Below, piece after piece: positions 36,097 to 44,267 of a stretch of DNA of 54,835 nucleotides. The first letter of the stretch is position 1. Every line of letters begins with the position of its first letter. Source of the DNA: Candidatus Methanophagales archaeon (GTDB taxonomy: Archaea; Halobacteriota; Syntropharchaeia; Alkanophagales; Methanospirareceae); contig WSZT01000164.1 in NCBI GenBank assembly GCA_013139985.1, positions 1 through 54,835 on the forward strand, read 5' to 3'. The notes under the pieces were generated by a model. It was given only the letters and a program-made list of their open reading frames with translations, was not told where the DNA came from and did not search any database. The position numbers and the translations under genes were made by a program.

Positions 36097-36240
36097 ATCT
36101 TCCCCTCAAAGTGATTAATAGAACAATTTTTCCTTTTATAAACTTTTTGGTGGATAGATAAAAGACCAGAAATTGGAAAACCTAATTCAGACATTTATCC
36201 TCCGAGTTCTTGTTTTTATTTTTATTTTTGCTGGAAAAGA

Positions 36241-36612
36241 TTATAGGGTCGCTTTATCATGCACAATTGAAATAAACACAAAAAAAAATCCACCGATTTT
36301 GAGCAGATACATATATATTGCCCATGCCAGAAAGAATCGCCGATCTAAAAATAGCGTGTGAATGCACTGCGCATGCTGAGATACCAGTAACTGTGGGATC
36401 GCTACATTTACCAGAGAGACAAGCGATCTGCACACAAAGATGTCAGTAACAGTGAGGTTGTCGCTTTCATCAGAAGGGCGAGTAATGAATAACTGTTGTT
36501 TTTGCTGACCCTTGACATGAGCAGTAGCCCGCATGTTTTCACTATATAGAATCTTTACTGTTTTCTTCTTGTGCTTAAGCCCCCAATCGTACAGATATGT
36601 ACCTTGAACCAC
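36241..36612 (-). CDS. doubtful ORF; if real, a small protein with a C-terminal hydrophobic helix
   Basis: 123-aa ORF. The C-terminal FFLAWAIYMYLLKIGGFFFVFISIV runs into an A/T-rich non-coding-looking tract. Confidence 0.25.
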   Translation of the reverse strand: MVQGTYLYDWGLKHKKKTVKILYSENMRATAHVKGQQKQQLFITRPSDESDNLTVTDIFVCRSLVSLVNVAIPQLLVSQHAQCIHTLFLDRRFFLAWAIYMYLLKIGGFFFVFISIVHDKATL

Positions 36613-36683
36613 ACTGTTTATCGCCCCTCACTCGTTTTTACCCGAAGGTGCAAGGTCGCTAAAAAGCGAAGCGAATATGAACG

Positions 36684-37175
36684 CTACAACCTGCAATCAT
36701 ATACGACCTCATCTGCGTTTTCTATCACAAATCCTTTTATCGCTTCTAACTCCGGACATGGTTCAAATCGGTCTTCTGTCCTTTTTAATACCTCTTCTGC
36801 GGTTAGCACCGGTGCCATCCTTATATAATCCAGGACATAATGCAAGTACCACGCCTTCACGTATTCGCTCCCTTTTTCTCGCATGAATAATAGCTGAAGA
36901 TACTTTGGGATTTTCATTATCATATTAAAATCATGGCTCTTCGCCAACTGTATGATTATTTCTTCTCCATCACGCTCACAGAACAGTATAAACTCTGGGC
37001 TCTTTTCTGGGAAGTCACTTAAATGATTCACAAAGTCTGTGGTTTCTCTGGTTAGCTCCATCTTCGCCGCCCATTTATTATGGATCTCCCACTTTGGCAT
37101 AGTTCCTGATAAACCGTTTTGCAAGCAAAAAGCTTTACCAAAATTTTTATCACATAACATCACATCACAACTCAA
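36684..37175 (-). CDS. hypothetical protein
   Basis: 163-aa ORF overlapping the upstream gene by 11 nt; an alternative start is the Met in MPKWEIHNKW. I cannot assign a family. Confidence 0.5.
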   Translation of the reverse strand: MSCDVMLCDKNFGKAFCLQNGLSGTMPKWEIHNKWAAKMELTRETTDFVNHLSDFPEKSPEFILFCERDGEEIIIQLAKSHDFNMIMKIPKYLQLLFMREKGSEYVKAWYLHYVLDYIRMAPVLTAEEVLKRTEDRFEPCPELEAIKGFVIENADEVVYDCRL

Positions 37176-37932
37176 TGAAGTGCATCTTCTGCATCCAGAT
37201 ACTTACTGCTCTACGCGCCTGTTCAGGATTCGCGAAATTATCTTCTATTGCTTCATCCGTGGAAATGCCTATAAAGGGGTCTATTGTAGACTTCCCCACA
37301 TCGGCAACCCATATCATCGCGTCACTAACGTCATGCCCCCGGAAGAACGAGATAAAAGGTGCGGGTGTCTTCTCTGTTGGAACAACGATCACCACCTCTT
37401 CCGCGGCTTCTGACCGCTCTAATTGGCGCTCGTCAGCAAAATGTGGCACAAAAGTAATCGAAGGTAAAACGAAGATGTGTATGCTTCTGTGTTCATCTTT
37501 ATTCTTCACCGCTATCAACTCAAGATGCTCCTCTTCACCTCCACCTTCGTTCACCTGATACCCACAGCGTTCCAAAAACGATATTAGCACGCTTTTTAGC
37601 GCACTTATAGGGCTTCGTAGCTCAGCCCAACGTAAAAACGCAGCTTCCAGTTCCTCACTCATATATCCATGTGTTGGCAAGCAGTAAAATATCTCGCCCT
37701 GATAGTTTATCCGGGTATGCATGTCAGGCGAGAAAACAGAAAGTTTCTCTTCGCTAGTTATGCTCTTGAAGATCATATCTTCCGGATCACCGCCAAATTT
37801 ACTCGCTAACTCGTCCCTATCGGCATCGCTTAGCGCACTTACACACTCGCTTATCTTCAACGCGAGTTCTCCTTCTGATATTACCTTATGCTCCTGACAG
37901 TAGCCCGAAAGGTATTCAAATATTTTTAACAT
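37165..37932 (-). CDS. hypothetical protein
   Basis: 255-aa ORF with normal coding composition. The acidic-linker-then-beta-rich C-terminal half (HLELIAVKNKDE..VVIVVPTEK) could be nuclease-fold-like, but this is unproven. Confidence 0.55.
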   Translation of the reverse strand: MLKIFEYLSGYCQEHKVISEGELALKISECVSALSDADRDELASKFGGDPEDMIFKSITSEEKLSVFSPDMHTRINYQGEIFYCLPTHGYMSEELEAAFLRWAELRSPISALKSVLISFLERCGYQVNEGGGEEEHLELIAVKNKDEHRSIHIFVLPSITFVPHFADERQLERSEAAEEVVIVVPTEKTPAPFISFFRGHDVSDAMIWVADVGKSTIDPFIGISTDEAIEDNFANPEQARRAVSIWMQKMHFIEL

Positions 37933-37998
37933 CTCTTGCCATCTTCATAGTATAAATATTTCTTTGGTAAAGCTTTTAAAACTTTTTGGTAGAAGAAA

Positions 37999-39120
37999 AT
38001 GAGAAGCAAATTTGCGGGACGTATAAAGAACATAGAGATTTCCGGTATAAGGAAGGCATTTGAAGCTTTGTCCGGTGATTTTTTCAACCTCGGACTCGGT
38101 GAGCCCGACTTTGATACCCCAGAGCACGTAAAAATCGCCGCTGTGCAGGCATTAAAGTCAGGATTTACCTCATATACATCAAATAAAGGTATAGACGAAC
38201 TGAGAGAGGCGATAAGTGCTAAGCTCTACCATGATAATAACCTCGCCTTTAGCCCTGATGAGATGATAGTTACATCCGGTGCGAGTGAAGCGTTACATAT
38301 CGCTATCCATTCAGTCGTTGAAAGAGGGGATGAAGTGCTAATCCCGAATCCAGGGTTTGTCTCTTTCGCTGCACTGACGGAACTGGCCGAAGGGAAACCG
38401 ATAGGGGTCCCTTTAAGTGACGACTTTTCGATCTCCGCGGAAGCGGTAAAAGAGAGAATTACAGATAAGACAAAGGCACTCATAATAAATTCACCTGCTA
38501 ATCCTACGGGCGCTGTGGAAAGCGGGGAGAACATAAAAGCGCTTGTTGACATCGCCCATGACCATCATGTAACTATCATTTCTGATGAGGTCTATGAGCA
38601 GCTTATATACGATGACTTGAAGCACATAAGCCCCGCGAGATTCTCTGACGATGTCATCACGGTAAATGCAGTCTCAAAGACATACGCAATGACCGGCTTT
38701 CGATTGGGTTATGTTGTCGCTCGCAGCGAGTACACGGAGCAAATGCTAAAGGTGCATCAATATGTCCAGGCGTGTGCATCATCGATATCGCAGAAAGCGG
38801 CGTTGGCCGCTATTGCAGGCCCTCAAGACTGCGTGGTAGATATGAGAAGCGAGTTCAAAAGAAGAAGGGATTTCGCTGTTTACGCTCTTCATGATATGGG
38901 TATGAAGTTCAAGATACCAAAAGGCGCATTTTATATCTTTCCTCGGGTGAGCGATGAGCATGAATTTGTGGAGTCTTTGAAGCGGAAACGGGTAATTGTC
39001 ACGTCGGGATCTACCTTTGGAAGTCGTGGTAAAAATCATGTGCGAATATCGTATGCTACGAGCTTAGCTAATTTGAAGCACGCTTTTGATATAATGAAGG
39101 GAATTGTAAGAGGGGATTGA
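37999..39120 (+). CDS. class I/II pyridoxal-phosphate-dependent aminotransferase (aspartate aminotransferase-like)
   Basis: Contains LGLGEPDFDTP, IINSPANPTG and NAVSKTYAMTGFRLGY, which holds the PLP-binding Lys. Confidence 0.9.
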   Translation: MRSKFAGRIKNIEISGIRKAFEALSGDFFNLGLGEPDFDTPEHVKIAAVQALKSGFTSYTSNKGIDELREAISAKLYHDNNLAFSPDEMIVTSGASEALHIAIHSVVERGDEVLIPNPGFVSFAALTELAEGKPIGVPLSDDFSISAEAVKERITDKTKALIINSPANPTGAVESGENIKALVDIAHDHHVTIISDEVYEQLIYDDLKHISPARFSDDVITVNAVSKTYAMTGFRLGYVVARSEYTEQMLKVHQYVQACASSISQKAALAAIAGPQDCVVDMRSEFKRRRDFAVYALHDMGMKFKIPKGAFYIFPRVSDEHEFVESLKRKRVIVTSGSTFGSRGKNHVRISYATSLANLKHAFDIMKGIVRGD

Positions 39121-39158
39121 AACAGGGATGCTTTTGGCAAATACCCTTTGTGTTGGTG

Positions 39159-39494
39159 CTATTTTCTTCTCGGCGAAGGCGCTCGAGGCGCTTTATACGG
39201 GCGCCGCATTTGCTGCCCACATTTCAAACACGTTGTTGTAATATACTCGCCCCTGAGACGAATGCGTGCATTCTTCCCTGGGATTAAATAGGTATAACAG
39301 CCTTTACAAATCCGCATCTTCAACTGTGACGGTATTCGTACTCGATAACGCATTCCAATCAAACGGGCCAGCTGCACATACCTATCACTTCTCTTTCGTC
39401 CATCCTTTCTCGCATCCGCTTCTGCCAGCTCGAAGAGCCGCACTATCCGCTGCAATGCGATGTCCCCTATCCTTCTACCCCTCTTCTTTACCAT
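39159..39494 (-). CDS. rnp4: RNase P protein component 4 (Rpp21/Rpr2 family)
   Basis: Contains IALQRIVRLFELAE..YVQLARLIGMRYRVRIP and the zinc ribbon CKGCYTYLIPG..CLKCG. Confidence 0.85.
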   Translation of the reverse strand: MVKKRGRRIGDIALQRIVRLFELAEADARKDGRKRSDRYVQLARLIGMRYRVRIPSQLKMRICKGCYTYLIPGKNARIRLRGEYITTTCLKCGQQMRRPYKAPRAPSPRRK

Positions 39495-39581
39495 CTACAA
39501 CGATTAATTATGTAACTGTCTTTTGTTCTAAATCTTGTTTGAATTTGATAACTATAATGGAATGATACGGCGGAAGAGAAC

Positions 39582-40043
39582 ATGAACAACCTGCATAGAA
39601 GGGCAAGAATCATTGCCGATTTTCAGTTTGGATGGGGTACCGGCAACATCTTGTTCCCGGACAGCGTAGTATTTACCCTCTCAAGGACAAGGAGAATATC
39701 TCAGATACTAGATAATGGGGAAAGAATATCCACACTTAGGAGCTCTGACGGGCTGCTGACGCTGAGCATAGAAGGTGCAAAAAGACTGCATCGATTCATA
39801 AAATATCCTGGACTGAGGGTTGTTATGAATGAAGAGAGCAGCGAGTTCATAAAAAAAGGCGGAACTGCATTTTGCAAACATGTAATAGATGCAGATTCCG
39901 AGATAAGGGCTTATGATGAACTTATAGTGGTAGATGAAAAAGACAGACTACTTGCAACGGGAAAGGCTATGTTATCCTGTGATGAGATGAAAATCTTTGA
40001 GCATGGTGTAGCTGTGAAGGTAAGGTATGGCATAGAAGAATAA
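39582..40043 (+). CDS. PUA-domain RNA-binding protein
   Basis: The N-terminus has RRARIIADFQFGWGTGNILFP. The C-terminus has IRAYDELIVVDEKDRLLATGKAMLSCDEM, which is PUA-like. Confidence 0.7.
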   Translation: MNNLHRRARIIADFQFGWGTGNILFPDSVVFTLSRTRRISQILDNGERISTLRSSDGLLTLSIEGAKRLHRFIKYPGLRVVMNEESSEFIKKGGTAFCKHVIDADSEIRAYDELIVVDEKDRLLATGKAMLSCDEMKIFEHGVAVKVRYGIEE

Positions 40044-40057
40044 GGGATAGTCGGTAA

Positions 40058-40570
40058 ATGATAGAAGAAGAGATAGCGAATATGTTACGAAAAAGGGGAC
40101 TCAGTTTAGCTACTGCAGAATCTTGCACCGGTGGACTGATCGCCCATAGGATAACAAACATCTCTGGCAGCTCGGACTATTATAAAGGTGGCGTGATCGC
40201 TTATGCGAACGAAGTAAAGGCGCAAATTTTGCTTGTGGATGATGCGCTATTGGCGCAGAAGGGTGCGGTAAGTGCAGAATGTGCGCGGGCAATGGCGGAA
40301 GGTATAAGGGCGCTACTGAATGGCGACATTGGTATTGCTACCACAGGCATTGCAGGACCCACAGGGGGAACGCCGGACACGCCTGTTGGATTAGTTTATA
40401 TAGCATTGGCAACAAAGGGTTACTTATATCATGAGAGGCATATCTTCCACGGAGATAGAGGAGGGAACAAACGCAAGGCGGCTGAGGCTGCTCTTGTGAT
40501 GTTAAAAAAGTTTCTCATACCTGGAGCAGAAGGGCTCGTAGCTCAGAAAGGTAGAGCAGCGGGCTTTTAA
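40058..40570 (+). CDS. pncC: CinA C-terminal domain / nicotinamide-nucleotide amidohydrolase PncC-like protein; 3' end overlaps tRNA-Lys
   Basis: Contains LATAESCTGGLIAHRITNISGSSDYYKGGVIAYANEVK and IATTGIAGPTGGTPDTPVGLVYIAL. There is no stop before the tRNA, and the TAA stop lies at 40568-40570 inside it. Confidence 0.85.
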   Translation: MIEEEIANMLRKRGLSLATAESCTGGLIAHRITNISGSSDYYKGGVIAYANEVKAQILLVDDALLAQKGAVSAECARAMAEGIRALLNGDIGIATTGIAGPTGGTPDTPVGLVYIALATKGYLYHERHIFHGDRGGNKRKAAEAALVMLKKFLIPGAEGLVAQKGRAAGF

Positions 40571-40605
40571 CCCGTCGGTCACGGGTTCAAATCCCGTCGA
40601 GCTCG
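40532..40605 (+). tRNA. tRNA-Lys (anticodon UUU)
   Basis: Manual fold: acceptor GGGCUCG/CGAGCUC, D arm GCUC..GAGC, anticodon stem GCGGG/CCCGU with loop CUUUUAA, T arm ACGGG-UUCAAAU-CCCGU, discriminator G. Confidence 0.9.
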
Positions 40606-40614
40606 TTAGTAGAA

Positions 40615-40857
40615 ATGAAGAAGGAGACGTTATCTATACTTGGACATGAGTTAGTGCCGGAACACATATTAATGGACGAGAGCGAAGTGAAAGAACTTTT
40701 AGATAAGTACAAAATAAAGCGGGTACAACTGCCTAAGATAAAAGTATCCGATCCCGCTATAAATGGACTAGGTGCAAAAGTTGGAGATGTCGTGGAGATA
40801 ACAAGACAAAGTAGAACAGCGGGAAAAGCTTTATCTTTTCGACTGATTATAGAGTGA
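40615..40857 (+). CDS. rpoH: DNA-directed RNA polymerase subunit H (Rpb5 homolog)
   Basis: 80-aa ORF. Contains [32 protein letters not shown] and [12 protein letters not shown]. Confidence 0.9.
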   Translation: MKKETLSILGHELVPEHILMDESEVKELLDKYKIKRVQLPKIKVSDPAINGLGAKVGDVVEITRQSRTAGKALSFRLIIE

Positions 40858-40861
40858 AAGG

Positions 40862-43800
40862 GTGAATGGAATGTTAGATCGAAGTGTCTTTTCAAAAGCA
40901 TATTTAAAAAGGGAAAAAATAGTACAGCATCAGCTCGATTCGTTCAATTACTTCCTCGATGAGGGTATACAAAGGATAATTGAGGAGCTCCCGTATACTG
41001 AAACATCTATTAGCGGCGAAGATGAAGAAAAGGGGAAGTATAAACTGGGTGTAAAGTTTGGTAAGATAACTGTGGGCATACCTAAGGCGAGGGAGGCAGA
41101 TGGTTCTTATGAGGATGTTTTCCCTTCCCAAGCAAGATTAAGGAATCTGAACTATTCCGCGCCTATTATTTTGGATATGCAGCTCGTGAAGAAATATGAA
41201 AGTGGCGAGATAGAAATAATGCGGGATGAGGAGGAGGTAGCTATCGGCGAGCTTCCAATCATGCTTAAATCAAATAGGTGCAACATATCAAAAGATGTTA
41301 TCCAGGAAAAACTAGGCGAAGATCTTTCTGAGCAGGAATATGAAGACTGGTTGAAAAACAACGCAGGAGAAGATCCTCTTGATCCTGGTGGATATTTCAT
41401 CATAAATGGTTCAGAGCATGTAATAATTACGCTGGAAGATCTCGCACCAAACAGGATATTTGTGAATTTCGAAGAGAAATATGGGAGTAAAGGCGTTGTT
41501 TCTAAAGTTTTCTCGCTTAACCAAGGTTTTAGAGTTCCAATAAGGGTGGAAATAAGTAAAAAGGGAATACTTGAGGTTTCTTTCCCTGCTGTGGGGCGTA
41601 AAATACAGTTTATGACGCTTATACGTGCGTTAGGGCTAGGAAGTGATGAGGAGATAATAAAAGCCGTCTCTGATGACCCACAAATAGTAAAATACGTCCT
41701 AGAGAACATAGAAGAGTGCGATGTGGATACGCAGGAAGAAGCAATAGAGAAATTGGGCCGTAAAATCGCACCAACGCAAGCAAGGGAGTATCGAGAAAGG
41801 AGAGTTAATTACATCCTGGATCGTTATTTCCTTCCACATCTTGATACCAAGATAGCAAAGGCCTATTTCATTGGGAGAATGGCAGAATCATGTTATGAGC
41901 TTTATCTTGGTAAGAGAGGCGAGGGTGACAAAGACCATTACGCAAATAAAAGATTGAAACTCGCAGGTGACTTAGTGGAAGACCTTTTCCGTGTATCATT
42001 TACAAAACTCACTCGTGATATGCGATATCAATTGGAGCGTGCAAATATGCGAAGTCGAGAACTAAAGATCGCTACTGCTATTCGTTCCGATGTGCTCACG
42101 GAACGGATAGTGCATGCACTAGCAACCGGGAACTGGGTAGGTGGCAGAGCGGGAGTTTCCCAGTTATTGGAACGGAGCAATTATATAGCCACCTTAAGCC
42201 ATCTTAGAAGGATAATTTCGCCGTTATCGCGATCTCAACCTCATTTTGAAGCTCGTGACTTACATCCCACGCAATGGGGGAAAATTTGTCCTAGCGAGAC
42301 ACCGGAAGGTCCTAATTGCGGCTTGGTAAAGAATTTTTCGCAGATGGTTGAAATATCCGTGGGCGAAGACGAGAAGAGCTTTAAAGACATTTTATATGAA
42401 CTTGGTGCTATTCCACCTGCTCGCTCTTTGGAAGTAAGTGCTGAAAGTAGGACTCGTGTGTTCCTGAATGGTGATTTCATTGGCTTCTCTACGGAGCCAG
42501 AGATATTTGTGGATGCGGTGAGGAAGAAGAGGAGAAGCGATGAAATATCAACGCAGGTAAACATTGCCTATTACAAGGACCAGAGTGACATAATAATAAA
42601 TTCTGATAGGGGGAGAGCAAGAAGACCCGTTATGGTGGTCGAGAATAGAACACCTCTGGTTACAGAATCACAGATCGAGAAACTGAGAAAATGTGAGATG
42701 AACTTTGATGACTTAGTGAGTGTGGGTGTGATAGAATATTTAGATGCCGAGGAGGAAGAGAATGCGCTTATAGCATTAAATGAATCCGATTTGACAAAAG
42801 AAGGAGGGAATGAATATACGCATTTAGAAATGGATCCTTCATTGATCTTAGGCATTGTTGCCGGGTTGATTCCTTATCCCGACCACAATTCATCACCACG
42901 TAATACAATGGGTTGTGCCATGCTGAAGCAATCTTTGGGGCTTTCGACTGCGAATTATAAAACCCGTGCCGACACCAGAACGCATCTTTTGCATTCCCCG
43001 CAAAAACCGCTAGTAACAACAAGAACTGCGGACCTTATTCAGCATGGCCGGAGGCCTGCAGGGCAGAACTTCGTCGTTGCGGTTTTAAGTTACGAAGGGT
43101 ATAATATGGAAGATGCGTTGATTTTGAATCAAGCTGCCATAGATCGTGGGTTGGGTAGGAGTCATTTCTTCAGAACGTATGAAGGTGAGGAGCGGCGGTA
43201 TCCTGGTGGTGAAGAAGATATATTTGAGATACCCGATGTAGAGATTGTAGGGGTTAGAAGTCATGAAGCGTATCAACAACTTGACGATGCGGGCATAATA
43301 AATTCAGAAGTGGAAGTGTTGCCAAATGATGTGTTAATCGGAAAGACAAGTCCACCAAGGTTCTTGGAAGAGACTACGGAGCTTTTAAGTCCTTTAGAAA
43401 GGAGGGACACTTCTATTTGCACTCGTGCCAACGAACGTGGCAGGGTGGATTCTGTGGTGCTCATGGAATCAAGTAGCAATAGACGTCTGGTTAAAGTTGC
43501 TGTTCGGGATCAGAAGGTTCCAGAGGTTGGTGATAAATTCGCATCACGACATGGCCAGAAGGGCGTTATCGGGTTGATTGCACATCCTGAAGACATGCCT
43601 TTTACTGAAGGGGGAATCATTCCTGATATGATTATAAATCCTCATGCCATACCATCAAGGATGACCGTAGGACATGTGCTAGAGATGATAGGCGGAAAGG
43701 TGGGCGCTTTAGAGGGGCGATGTATAGATGGCTCTGCTTTTTCCGGCGAGAAGGAAGTGGACTTAAGGAATGCACTTGTACGTGCTGGGTTCTCAGATAC

Positions 43801-44266
43801 TGGTAGAGAAACGATGTGGGATGGACTAAAAGGCACTAAAATAGATGCTGATGTCTTTGTAGGTGTGGTATATTATCAGAAGTTATATCATCTGGTATCG
43901 GCAAAGATGCATGCACGTGCGAGAGGTCCAGTGCAAATATTGACACGACAACCGACGGAAGGTAAAGCAAGAGAAGGGGGACTCCGTTTCGGTGAGATGG
44001 AAAGAGATGTTCTTATTGGGTATGGGGCAGCAATAGCGCTGAAGGATCGGTTGTTGAATGAATCAGATCGAGTTGTTGAGCTGGTCTGTGGAAATTGTGG
44101 CATGATTGCCTGCCGAGATATGAAAACAGGATCTTCATATTGCCCGAATTGTGGTGCCGATACGGACATATATCCGGTGGAGATGAGTTATGCATTTAAA
44201 CTGCTTCTGGATGAGATGAAAGCACTGGGTATAGCACCAAGATTGGAATTAGAGGAGGCGGTCTGA
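40862..44266 (+). CDS. rpoB: DNA-directed RNA polymerase subunit B, encoded as a single unsplit ORF
   Basis: 1134-aa ORF. Contains [53 protein letters not shown] and the C-terminal zinc ribbon CGNCG..CPNCG. The start is GTG at 40862 or ATG at 40871. Confidence 0.95.
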   Translation: MNGMLDRSVFSKAYLKREKIVQHQLDSFNYFLDEGIQRIIEELPYTETSISGEDEEKGKYKLGVKFGKITVGIPKAREADGSYEDVFPSQARLRNLNYSAPIILDMQLVKKYESGEIEIMRDEEEVAIGELPIMLKSNRCNISKDVIQEKLGEDLSEQEYEDWLKNNAGEDPLDPGGYFIINGSEHVIITLEDLAPNRIFVNFEEKYGSKGVVSKVFSLNQGFRVPIRVEISKKGILEVSFPAVGRKIQFMTLIRALGLGSDEEIIKAVSDDPQIVKYVLENIEECDVDTQEEAIEKLGRKIAPTQAREYRERRVNYILDRYFLPHLDTKIAKAYFIGRMAESCYELYLGKRGEGDKDHYANKRLKLAGDLVEDLFRVSFTKLTRDMRYQLERANMRSRELKIATAIRSDVLTERIVHALATGNWVGGRAGVSQLLERSNYIATLSHLRRIISPLSRSQPHFEARDLHPTQWGKICPSETPEGPNCGLVKNFSQMVEISVGEDEKSFKDILYELGAIPPARSLEVSAESRTRVFLNGDFIGFSTEPEIFVDAVRKKRRSDEISTQVNIAYYKDQSDIIINSDRGRARRPVMVVENRTPLVTESQIEKLRKCEMNFDDLVSVGVIEYLDAEEEENALIALNESDLTKEGGNEYTHLEMDPSLILGIVAGLIPYPDHNSSPRNTMGCAMLKQSLGLSTANYKTRADTRTHLLHSPQKPLVTTRTADLIQHGRRPAGQNFVVAVLSYEGYNMEDALILNQAAIDRGLGRSHFFRTYEGEERRYPGGEEDIFEIPDVEIVGVRSHEAYQQLDDAGIINSEVEVLPNDVLIGKTSPPRFLEETTELLSPLERRDTSICTRANERGRVDSVVLMESSSNRRLVKVAVRDQKVPEVGDKFASRHGQKGVIGLIAHPEDMPFTEGGIIPDMIINPHAIPSRMTVGHVLEMIGGKVGALEGRCIDGSAFSGEKEVDLRNALVRAGFSDTGRETMWDGLKGTKIDADVFVGVVYYQKLYHLVSAKMHARARGPVQILTRQPTEGKAREGGLRFGEMERDVLIGYGAAIALKDRLLNESDRVVELVCGNCGMIACRDMKTGSSYCPNCGADTDIYPVEMSYAFKLLLDEMKALGIAPRLELEEAV

Positions 44267-44267
44267 A

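Noticed and set aside
36360-36680. A GC-richer stretch at the island border, as a possible integrase or transposase remnant or ncRNA
   Set aside because: I could not recognise any recombinase, transposase or structured-RNA signature in any frame, so it is left unannotated apart from the doubtful 123-aa ORF.
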